Source: Octopus sinensis (lineage: Eukaryota). Taken from it: a DNA stretch of 64,000 nt. The position numbers and the translations under genes are program-made. The stretch is from assembly GCF_006345805.1 (NCBI RefSeq), contig NC_042998.1:48794001-48858000 (forward strand). The letters run 5' to 3'. Of this stretch, positions 37,597-48,626 are shown in pieces; the stretch's first letter is position 1; each line of letters opens with the position of its first letter. The notes under the pieces were generated by a model that was not told where the DNA came from, did not search any database, and worked only from the letters and a program-made list of their open reading frames with translations.

Positions 37597-37939
37597 ATCA
37601 AGATCAAGGACGAGGAACCTATGACTTGCGTGTCAGCAGTGACACGCAGCGGGTTTGGTCTTTCGTAAAACATTTCTTTCTGCATTATCTTATTGAAAAA
37701 AGCTTAGCTATAAAGAATCTAAAGCTGAAATACATTTATCTTCGTTTATCACTGATCCGCGATAACACGGTACGCTCAATTGTGAACCATGTTACGCCTA
37801 TCGCGTTTGTGTCTATCGACGCAGTTGATTTTATCTGCTACTATATTTTTTTTTATCGATTTCTATTTGTCCATCCACTAGTTTGTGCGTGTTTGGGGTG
37901 GGGTGGAGGGTAATATCGAGTTATAATGAAAATCATTTT

Positions 37940-38424
37940 ACCTTAAACTGAATTATTAATACTTTTTGTAGAGTACATATTTATACACTTACAAGAGCAG
38001 TGGGTGCAACATGTGCATACACACGCGCACACATACATACAAATATATATATATATGTATACATATATATATACATATATATGTATATACATAAATATAT
38101 ATGTATATACATATATATACATATATACATATATATACATATATACATATATATATATATACATACATATATATACACATACATATATATACATATATAT
38201 ATACATATATATACAATATATATATATATACATACATATATATATACATATCTATATATATACATATATATACATATATATATATACATATATATAACAT
38301 ATATATATATACATACATATATTACATATATATATATACATATATATAATATATATATATATACATACATATATATACATATATATATATATATACATAT
38401 ATACATATATATATATATACATAC

Positions 38425-38455
<31 letters not shown>

Positions 38456-38555
38456 CAATATATATATATACATATATATACATATATATATATACATACA
38501 TATATATACATATATATATATACATACATACATATATATACATATAATATACATA

Positions 38556-38628
<73 letters not shown>

Positions 38629-38708
38629 CATATAATATATATAATATATATAATATATACATATATATATATACAATATATATATATATATAATATATAT
38701 ATATATAC

Positions 38709-38783
<75 letters not shown>

Positions 38784-38804
38784 TATAATATATATATATA
38801 TACA

Positions 38805-38844
<40 letters not shown>

Positions 38845-39166
38845 ATATATACATATATATATATACATATATATAATATACATATATATATAATATATAC
38901 ATATAATATATACATATATATATACATATATAATATATATACATATACATATACATATAATATACATATATATATACACATATATATATACATATATATA
39001 TATACATATACACACGCACGCACACCACACACACACTCATATATATATACATATATATATAACACATATATTACATATATATATACACATATATATACAT
39101 ATATATATACACATATATATACAATATATATACATATACACACGCACGCACACACACACACACATA

Positions 39167-39205
<39 letters not shown>

Positions 39206-39240
39206 GTGTGTGTGTGTGTGGTGTGTGTGTGTGTGTGTGG
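37940..39240. repeat. 1.3-kb degenerate (TA)n array with CA/TG ends
   Basis: Direct reading; source of the 351-aa and 271-aa IY-repeat ORFs. Confidence 0.97.
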
Positions 39241-39857
39241 AAAATGAATCCAAAGTGACTAACGTATTGATCTTCGATCTAACATCTTGTAATTACTTTT
39301 AAAATTAAAAGGAACCACAAAAGTGATACGAGAGATATATGTGTGTATGTGTGTTAAATGCTCACTTTCGTGTCTCAGAGAAAACGGTACGTCATCGCCA
39401 AGCATATTTTTTTCATTACGAGGATTTTGTATACGTTTTGCGTGCACGAGTCATTTAAAGAGCTGTACAGGTGTATGTGCGTATGCGTATAACTTAATCT
39501 ACGTGAAATCGCTCGCTTTGACACAGTAACTGCTAATTGACAAAAAATTGGTGTCGGCGATATAATTAATTGTGCGTGTGTCTAATAAGGCTCGCTATCT
39601 AATTAATTATGTAGCTAATTCCAATTCTGTTAATAGTGTTACGAATAAAACAGAGGTTGTTAATGGAATGGTGTGGAAATTGTGGGCCTATTCTTAGCGA
39701 GAATGTAGTACAGTTTGCAGGGAATTTGTCGAGTGATAAATGTTTTCATAATTTATTATGGAAGTGGTTTTGCTTTTGTTTTTTGGGGGTTTTTTTTTTA
39801 ACTCCGGTAAGTGGGTTAGTGACATACTAACTCGTTATCATTTACTGAAAGTAAGAC

Positions 39858-40462
39858 GGCTAGATGGCAGAATCGTTGGGTTTTGAGTTCAAATCCCGCC
39901 GAGGCTCACTTTGCTTTTCATCTTTTCTGGGTTGATAAAATAAAGAACCATTCAAGATGTAATAGACTTGCTCCTTGCCCTCAAAATTGCTAGCCTTGTG
40001 GTGCCAAAATTTGTAGCAATAAGGCGATAAGCTAACAGAATCGTTGACACGCCGGATGAAATGCGTAGCAGCTTTCACTTTTCTTCCGAATCTTTACGTT
40101 CCGAGTTCGAATGCTACTGTGGTCGACCTTGCTTTCGTCCTTTCGGGGTCTATAAAATAAGTACTTGTAGAGTACTAGTGTCGATGTGACCCACTTGCCA
40201 TATCCCCCTCAAAATTGCTCGCTTTGTGCCAAAATTTGAAACAATAAAAAGATGAGCTGGCAGAATCTTGACGCACAGGACAAATTGCTTGGCGGCTTTT
40301 CTTCGAACTCTCTACGTTCTTAGTTCAAATCCCACCGCGGTCGACTTCGTCTTCTATCCTTTCAGGGTTTATTAAATAAATACCAGTTGAGCACTGGGGT
40401 CGATGTGATCGACTTTACCTTCCCCTTAAAAACTGCTGGCTTCGTACCAAAGTTTGAAACCA
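39858..40462 (+). mobile_element. Three head-to-tail family A SINEs
   Basis: Heads near 39860, 40025 and 40250. Confidence 0.9.
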
Positions 40463-41493
40463 TTATTTACTCTAATTTTTATCTATTCGCTTTTACCGAC
40501 TATTAAGAGACACATTAACCAAATAAGACGATTCGAGGAATTTATCTATTATTCCTACGTACTGGAACTTTCGTGCGTTCAAACTACACATAAATGATGC
40601 ATGTGTTTCCTTAGTAACCTAAATATCTTGAGTCTATTTGTTTCAGAGACTGAACTGTTTTATTCTCGTAACAATTGTATTTTTCCCACACCAATCAATG
40701 TAGAATGTTGTTCAATTTCTTATTCTTTCATCATTTCTCCAGCAAATTCGGAAAAGGTTTATGGTTCACTGCTGAAATCAGAATATCGGAAAATGAAAAT
40801 ATTAGCTATTAGCTAATATTGTTTGATTGCTTTTCCTCATCGCATAATTATTGTTTGTTAAACTTCTTAGATCTTCCTGCATTAAATATGTTAACACAAA
40901 TTTAACTATATATTTTTTTTTTTTTTTGATTTTTGTCTTTCTAGCTAGTAAATAGTTTAGTCAATTAAGCAGGAGAAAAACTAACTTATAAAGAAAGATA
41001 TTTTATACGTGATCTAAGTAAGGAGGTTAAATTGTTTAACGTCGTTGAAGCTAGAAGTGTGTAAAAGAGCTATACTGTCGGTCGTTGGCATTGTGAAACA
41101 GAGCTGATCGAAGAGACCCTAAGACTCTGTAGTTCGTAGGTAGTCGGCCAGTCAACAAAGTACGATTCATAGATCCATACTTCCTGATATGCCATGATAC
41201 CTCGGTTAGTTGAGGACCTTATCGCACATTAGGATTGATATTCAATGTCCTGTGACTGCTTTGAACGGGTATTGGACTGAAAGAGACCAATTGCATACTC
41301 CCTCATTTTACTGCATGCGTTCCCCATGTTTACGCGCACGCGCACACACGCACATACACTAATCAAAGTATATAGTAACATAACTATGGCAGCATGTGGT
41401 GTAAGTTAATCGCGCTGTTATCTAATACTCATGCAATACCAATTCATAAAATCAACTGAAATGGATTTATTACACTGGATGCTTTGATTAATA

Positions 41494-41720
41494 TAGTAAT
41501 CCCTCGCCATATCGCGGTTCACCTATCGCGGTTTATTATTTAAGCTTACGTCGATTCCTCCGTGGTGTTGTTTTGCGTTTATAATAGAATAAATATATAC
41601 AAATTATAAAAATAATTTTTTTTTAAATATACAGTACAGTACTGTTTCTACTTCGCGGATCTACACCTATCGCGAGGGGGTGGGTGGAACTTAACACTCG
41701 CGATAGTCGAGAGATTACTG
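41494..41720. mobile_element. Tigger/pogo-like MITE
   Basis: TIRs (T)AGTAATCCCTCGCCATATCGCG / CGCGATAGTCGAGAGATTACTG; TA on the left, TG on the right. Confidence 0.75.
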
Positions 41721-41789
41721 TGTACCCACTCTATTTTTCCTAGATGGATATATATGTATATATAAGAATAAATGTTTTTTTTATATATA

Positions 41790-42135
41790 ATGAACGTGAA
41801 ATACAGGAAGGGACGAACACGGAACACAGACAAATCATTCGAAGCCTTCAATCTTCAGTCAGACACCGAATCATCATAGCAAATTTCGGCTGTTCAATTC
41901 TGATATTTGCTCCAACTCGGCCAGCCCAAGAAAAAAACTAAGCTGTAAGCATTAGATTTCTTGGTAGAAGACAGGAATGTGAACGCACAAGACGGATGTA
42001 AATACAAGAGACGAAAACGAAATTGAAAACAGTAATGGATAAACAAAATATAACGATGGTTGTCTTACGACTTTAGACCAAATGAGACAAAGGTTAGAAC
42101 GTTACCGTCGGTTTCGTGCCAACAATTGCACTTGG
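41790..42135 (-). mobile_element. Putative Penelope pseudo-LTR fragments
   Basis: Minus strand has CTGAAGA-TTGAAGGCTTC-GAAT (shared with 43160) and a half-HHR GTGC..GCAC-GAAA-CCGACGG-TA (42098-42135); T-rich tails run into (TA)n. Confidence 0.5.
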
Positions 42136-42691
42136 TTTTATTGAACACACACTCTCACTCACTCATATTCTCTCTCCCTCCCTCCCTTTCTCTCTCAATA
42201 GACAAACATATATATATTTGTTAATATTTAACAGAAGCAAGAGAGTGACTCAAGAACTAAGAGTTTCGTGCGTTGACACTCATCAAACGCACAAAACTCT
42301 CAGTCAGTCATTGAGTCGCTCTGTTGCTTCGGCTAAATACTAATAAAAATAATTTATAAGTACTCTATTTTGAGTTCTATTTTCCTCGTGGCATCACCAT
42401 ACCTATTATATATCATACATATTATGTTGGAAGGTGGGGAATGAATGGATGTATCTAGGAAGTGCGTATGAATGTATATATAATGATTGGTTTTCGTAAA
42501 GACTCACTTTTTTTTTACTTGAAATGCTCGCCATCTAATTATTGAAGTTCATTTCTATATTCGTTTAATATAGTAATATTCAAATGACTTCAAAAGAAAA
42601 AAAATTACCGTCAAAAATTCATTGTCCACCAATTTTTTTAGAAAACTCTTCATAGTCACTTTTTTCCATGCTAATCACATTTTCGTAGCCT

Positions 42692-42736
<45 letters not shown>

Positions 42737-43129
42737 TTTGGCACATATTTCTTGGTCTGCAATACAATCCGGAATGCAAGAAGAACAAAAGTAAAATTCT
42801 TCTATGGCTGTCAGAAAAACTTACTATAATAATGAGTGCAGAAAAATGAGTTTCAGTAATTATGTACCACTACCATACGGCATTTCAAGTGAAAGGAGAC
42901 AATTTTAAAGTAAAACAATCACTTTACACACAATGGACACATACACATGAATCCGGAGAGCACATACAACGAAGAACATAGAGTGGTTGTTCATTGTAGA
43001 TACGGTGCAGAATTGCAATGTAGCCAAGTTGTACGCACATGCACACACACACACACTTTTTCTTCCTCTCTCTCTATATATGTATATATGTGTGTGTGTG
43101 TGTGTGTACATACACATACATACATACCG

Positions 43130-43248
43130 AAATTGCGAAGATGATCCGGTTCTTGACTGAAGATTGAAGGCTTCGAATGTCTCGTCCGTGTTTTTTGTGT
43201 CGTCTTCTAAATGTTTCACGTTCTTGTCCCAGTTTGTATTTTTTTTAC

Positions 43249-43255
<7 letters not shown>
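43130..43255 (+). mobile_element. Putative pseudo-LTR fragment (CTGARGA..GAAT family)
   Basis: TGACTGAAGATTGAAGGCTTCGAATG...CGTTCTTGTCCCA tail, then (CA)n(TA)n; similar to about 41850 and 60840-60975. Confidence 0.55.
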
Positions 43256-43324
<69 letters not shown>

Positions 43325-43460
43325 ATGTATATATATTTATATATATAATTCAACTTATACATTGCAAGACCAATAACTCGATGTAGAACTCAAACTAATG
43401 AAGTTCATAAGATAATCATTTATTCTTATATCATCTTCTTTCTTTTGTGTTTGTGTGTTT

Positions 43461-43499
<39 letters not shown>

Positions 43500-43696
43500 C
43501 GTGTTTATGTTCTTGTAACATAACAATTCAGCAAAAGAGACTAATAAAGAGAGTGCCAGGCTTCAAAAAAAACAAATACTAGGGCCAGGTCATTCTTCAG
43601 AGTTCTTCATGGGAGTGTCCCAGCATGGCTGCCATTGAATGACTGAAACAAGATAAAAGATATATATGTATATGTATCTATTTATGTGGTGTGTAT

Positions 43697-43730
<34 letters not shown>

Positions 43731-43744
43731 TATTTACAATATAT

Positions 43745-44013
43745 TGTTGGCAGAAGCAGATCTTAACTATCACTCCAATGCTCAGGTGTGCGTGGCTGAT
43801 GTGAGCCAATTAGCTCAAAACCAGTCCCGCAGTCCTGTAGAGGTTCGCTCCCCCCTGCTAGTGATATATTGTATATAAGGGTGCAGAGTTTGCTCCGAAA
43901 ACCAGCTAGTGGAGAATCTGCCTGGGGTTAAACTAGTAGTAACATTCATTGTGGCTACTCGCTTTACTGTTTAGTATACATTACTACTTTATCTCATCTC
44001 GAGATTTTATAAC
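43745..44013 (+). other. Solo-LTR-like or promoter-like segment
   Basis: Starts TG; GCCAAT near 43804; TATATAAG near 43872; unique, GC-richer and flanked by microsatellites. The end is not a clean CA. Confidence 0.3.
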
Positions 44014-44039
44014 TATATATATATATATATATATATATA

Positions 44040-44251
44040 CCGGAGTAAACACATAAATGTGAAACAAGGTAGAAAAAACAGTACTCAAATACCAGTGGTA
44101 GAGTAATATGCTTTATTTAAAGCAGCAGAAAATTCAACAAAATCTGTTACTCTGAGTTTCTCGTTGCCGTTCATCAGACAGTTTTTGCTGATGAACGGCA
44201 ATGAGAAACTGAGTAACAGATTTTGTTGAATTTTCTGCTGCTTTAAATAAA

Positions 44252-44257
<6 letters not shown>
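44040..44257 (-). mobile_element. Fold-back Penelope-type pLTR element in (TA)n
   Basis: Arms 44106-44177 / 44188-44257; unique 66-bp extension on the left; minus strand reads HHR, AATAAA, T-rich tail, (TA)n. Confidence 0.75.
44134..44190 (-). ncRNA. Apparently intact minimal type I hammerhead ribozyme
   Basis: CAGCAAAAACTGT-CTGATGA-A CG GCAA CG A-GAAA-CTCAGAG-TA|ACAGATTTTGTTG. All core nucleotides present, GNRA-capped stem II, palindromic stem III, extended stem I. Predicted cut after GUA, between 44148 and 44147. Confidence 0.8.
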
Positions 44258-44300
<43 letters not shown>

Positions 44301-44479
44301 TCTACTCAGACAATTTGTCTAATTCTATCTCCAGTCTCTTCTCTTTTGTTTTGGCTTTTTTCTTGTTGCTTCCCCTAAGCCTACTTCATAGAAATAATTT
44401 ATATATTTCTGATTGCCTGTGTATATACAACTCTGGATTAGTCGAATTATTGTTGACATCAGAAATAAACAGACAGACA

Positions 44480-44540
44480 GTACTTGATTGATTGATTCAT
44501 AGGTAGAAAGACAGACAGACAAAAAGACAGACAGACAGAT

Positions 44541-44574
<34 letters not shown>

Positions 44575-44710
44575 GCACAGACAGACAGATAAAAGAAGAG
44601 TTAAGATTGCAAGAGACAGAGAGATAGATAGAACTAAAGATGTGACAGAGTGACGCAGTGAAGCAGAAATAAACAACGGTAGGGAAAGTGAAAGAGCAGA
44701 GATCAATCAA
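44480..44710. repeat. (GATA)n/(GACA)n array
   Basis: Direct reading. Confidence 0.9.
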
Positions 44711-45329
44711 TTTTTTCTCTCTTCATTGAACTATAGGTTCTCCATAAACATTTATTATATAGCGGAGGGGGTGGGGAATGGATATCTGTGGGAGGACTTT
44801 ATGCTAACATGTGTACATCAACTGCTGGTCCTATCCTACTTTTTTACATTGTGCGAGCATTCAAAATGATATTTTCATACAAAACAGATACATTAAAACA
44901 ATATGTAGATATATATATATTTCTTTCTCGATAACCACAAAACTCGTACAAAGATCATCATTGTTATAAATGCCATCTATATTCTGCCGTTTATGTATGT
45001 GTGTGTTATGTATGTCTATATTCTGCAATCTGTGCATGTGTATACTATGTGTGTTGGTGCATGCATATCAGTACCGCATTGCAACTGCAATGCAGCAAGC
45101 TCTTGCTCCAAGAGACACTTGTGTTCTATAGTATTTTATTTCTACATTGCCAAGATGATACGTCTGCTGGAATTCTATTTTATTATCAAGTTCACCATAT
45201 TACACTTGGAACAAACAGAATTGTCAACGACAAAAAACTGTGTTCCTTTTGAAGGCTACAGGAATATTGGATTCCATTCCACTTTGGGAAGCATCGATAC
45301 TATTCATCCTAATCAACAAGAATGTTCCA

Positions 45330-45900
45330 ACTCATCTCTTTCCAAACCTCACACATCCTTCACATTCAATGCCCAAGCTTTACTACCATGCATCATTGCA
45401 CTTTGTACACAAGCATCATACAATCTGCCCCTCACTCAGAGAAAGAATTCAGTTCCTGCTCACAGAGGTAATAGGTTGCTGAACCTTACCACCTCAGCCT
45501 TACTCGTATTAGTATGCATTCACCCTCTTCCACTGCTATAAGGTCACATAGGTTCTTGAAACTATCAATGATTTCCAGCAAGCTTTCCAAATATTAAAAA
45601 GTTCATATCTCACATATCCTTTCTGCTAAAAACTTCATAAATCAGCTACATTCAAAATTCTTCACTGCTAACCTGCTCATGATCTCACTATACAAGACCG
45701 TGGTATTATATTCCTACCTATACCTTTACTACATATCAGGTATGTCTACTTCCTAGACAGCAGTAAGGTTTTGTCTTCTTTCCTACTAAAATGTGAATCT
45801 ATGCTAGGTTTACCTAAAGACTTCTGCGGCCTTGGCCTTTTTGTTAAGCTTGTAATTTTAAATTTCTTTCCTAATTCTTCAACAAATTCAACTATGAAAT
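45330..45900 (-). mobile_element. Decayed RTE-clade LINE fragment
   Basis: Minus strand gives ...VRGRLYDACVQSAMMHGSKAWALNVKDV and a decayed KG.RVNL..T.ILVG stretch. Confidence 0.75.
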
Positions 45901-46080
45901 TAGACCATCAGCATAAATACAGGAATTCAAACAGACAGCCAGTCTTAAATACTTGTTATAGCCCAGAGAACTGTAATAAATAGAACTCTGATGACAGAAC
46001 TCTAATGGACACCAACCTGCAAGCTAATTTCCTCACTCAACAAGTTGCTAACTCTCACCACCATATATGTATATGTGAGT

Positions 46081-46425
46081 GAAGGTGCATGGCTCAGTGG
46101 TTAAAGTGTTGGGCTTACAATCATGGGGTAGCGAATTCAATTCCTGGACTGGGCTGTATGTTGTGTTCTTGAGCAAGACACTTTATTTCATGTTGCTCCA
46201 GTTCACTCAGCTGTAGAAATGAGTTGCGACATCACTGATACCAAGCTGTATCAGCCTTTGCCTTTTACCTAGGAAACATCAGTGGCATGGAGAGGGGGAG
46301 GCTGATATGCATGGGTGACTGCTGGTCTTCCATACAAAAAAGACCACCTTGTCCAGACTTGTGCCTTGGAGAGGAACTTTCTTGGTACAATCCTATGGGT
46401 CATTCATGATCAAAGGGAGTCTTTC
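46081..46425 (+). mobile_element. tRNA-derived CORE-like SINE family D
   Basis: TGGCTCAGTGG, GAATTCAATTCC, GTGTTCTTGAGCAAGACACTT; same family as 48026-48360 and 63864-64000. Confidence 0.88.
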
Positions 46426-47196
46426 TTTTGATGTGTGTATGTGTATATATGTTTGTAATTAAGTTAAAGGGTTCAAGAGATCATAAATTCTTTTAAAAAA
46501 AGATGCCTATATACATATGCAAATCAGGGGCATATAGTGTGTAACTTCTCAGAGTAGACAGAAGGTAACAATAATAAAGTGAGTAAAAGGCCTAATCACT
46601 GTGCAACAGATACATCATTAAACCATCAGACATATAATTGATATCTTAATACCTGGCTCTTACACTAGGAGAGAGAAAGAGAGAGAGAGTTTCATTAAAC
46701 ACACACATAACAAGCAGGGTAATGCAACCATTCTCTCTTGCTGCTATACAATGCAATATTAACTCAACTTATATTTGTACCTTTAAACTGCTAGAGCTCT
46801 TTCTGTTCAGATATCAGTCTATCATTTTTAATCACGTTTGACTTTTCTCAATAATTCAGCCAAGAAAATTTCTGAAGGGACATACTTGCAAAAAGGTTAA
46901 ATTTTGAAATATATCATCTTTAAAATTAACGGTGTGACAATAAACAATAGATAAGTCTGAAGTACTTACGAAACAAAAATATTCAATAATAAAAGTAGTT
47001 TTGGTGGTTTTCTTGTTGTTTTCTATGTGTCTGTTGTTTATGTTCACCTGTGCATAAGCACACTCATCACTTAATAGCAAAAGGCCGCAGTTATTTTGTC
47101 ATGAGGTCACCATATTTAATACTTTCTCAAGTTTCACTGACAGCAAATCACTTAATAACAAAAGGTGTTGGTGTGTATATATATATATATATATAT

Positions 47197-47471
47197 TGAT
47201 AGAAATGGTAAGATAACAAAAGAATGAAAGAGACCTCGATATTATGTAAATAGAGGAATTTATCTGTAAAATTAATATGTGACAATAATTCAGTAGCCAT
47301 GATAAAACTCCAAGTTTCAGATGTCGGGGGCGGAAACCCACGCTGCCATCTCTTCTTTTTTTTTTCTGATGGCCAGATAACTGAAGAGATGGTGGCATGG
47401 GTTTCTGCCCCGACATCTGAAACTCAGAGTTTTATCATGGCTACCGAATAATTGTCACATATTAATTTTAC

Positions 47472-47476
<5 letters not shown>
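47197..47476. mobile_element. Fold-back Penelope-type pLTR element in (TA)n
   Basis: Arms 47261-47355 / 47383-47476 with several mismatches; 64-bp unique extension on the left; (TA)n on both sides. Confidence 0.75.
47370..47443 (+). ncRNA. Near-canonical type I hammerhead ribozyme
   Basis: TGGCCAGATAA-CTGAAGA-[GATG..GGCA..TGCC..CATC]T-GAAA-CTCAGAG-TT|TTATC A TGGCTA. Stem I has 11 pairs with one bulge; one extra U precedes GAAA. Predicted cut after GUU at 47431. Confidence 0.7.
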
Positions 47477-47527
<51 letters not shown>

Positions 47528-47529
47528 CA

Positions 47530-47700
47530 CCTACATCATCATCCTCATCATTGTTTTAACTTTCTGTTTTCCATGCTGTTATGGGTCAGACAGAATCAGT
47601 TGAAGCAGCTTTTCTAAGGCTAGATGACCTTACTGTCACCAACCCACACCTGTTTCCAAGTTTAATAGTGTCATAGAAGACTGGAAACAAAGAGCACTGC
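47530..47700 (-). mobile_element. RTE-type 3' tail ending in (GAT)n
   Basis: CATCATCATC..TTTAAC..TTTTCCATGCTG..ATGGG motif, shared with 50730-50775, 60150-60310 and 60385-60430. Confidence 0.7.
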
Positions 47701-47859
47701 TTGCATAACAGTGGCACTCATTTACAACTTTCATGTGAGATAGCAAGGCAAGGATACAGTAGCACAAATGCACTAGCATGCACTCCCACCCACCCTCACA
47801 CACATATACACATACATACGTATACATCCCCCCACACACACACATATATACATATAGAC

Positions 47860-48360
47860 TATGAGCTTCATTCAGTTTCCAAAACCACTCACAAGGCTTT
47901 GACTGACTCAAGGTTGTAGTAGATGACACTTGGCCAGAATACCTAGCTGTAGGACTGAACCTGAAACCATGTGGTCAGAAAGCAAACTTTTACCATACAG
48001 CCACACTTGTGCCTATAGCTATGTAGGAGACCCTCCTTCAGTCATGAATGACCATGGTATTGCACCTAGAAAGTTAGTCTCCAAGGCACAAGCCCGAGCA
48101 AGGCTGTTTGTGGAAGGCCAGCAGTCACCCATGCACACTAGCCTCTCCTCTCCACACCATTGGTGCTTTCCAAGGGAAAGGCAAAAGCTGATACAGCTTG
48201 GCACCAATGATGTCACAACTCATTTCAACAGCTGAGTGAACTGGAGCAACGTGAAATAAAGTGTCTTGCTCAAGAACACAACACACAGCCTGGTCCGGGA
48301 ATCGAACTCACTACCTCATAATTGTGAGCCTAATGCTCTAACCACTGAGCTATGCACCTT
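47860..48360 (-). mobile_element. Family B head (about 47860-48010) and full family D SINE (48026-48360)
   Basis: Reverse complements of the respective families. Confidence 0.88.
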
Positions 48361-48405
48361 TGTGGTTGAAAAACACAGAAAATTAAGTCTAGCTAACATT
48401 ACAAT

Positions 48406-48626
48406 GTGGAGGTGCGTGGCTTAGTGGTTAGGGTATCAGCATCAAGATCGTAAGATTGTGGTTTCGATTCTTGGACCGAGCGTCACATTGTGTTCTTGAG
48501 CAAAACACTTCATTTCACGTTGCTCCAGTCCATGCTGTGATGGATTGGTGTCCTGTCCAGCTGGGGAACACATACACCATTGAAACCGGGAAACTGGCTA
48601 GGCTTTAAAAGGGTGCAGGGAGAAGA
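48406..48626 (+). mobile_element. CORE-like SINE of the 22977-23241 family
   Basis: Same head and body; 11-bp TSD AACATTACAAT (48395-48405 / 48627-48637). Confidence 0.92.

Noticed and set aside
37981-39067. Longest ORFs (351, 271 and 211 aa) and all similar IY/CV/HT/YIH-rich ORFs
   Set aside because: Translations of (TA)n, (TG)n and (TACA)n microsatellites, which lack stops by composition.
44993-45541. 182-aa plus-strand ORF
   Set aside because: Its 3' half is the antisense of a decayed RTE RT fragment; no recognisable domain.
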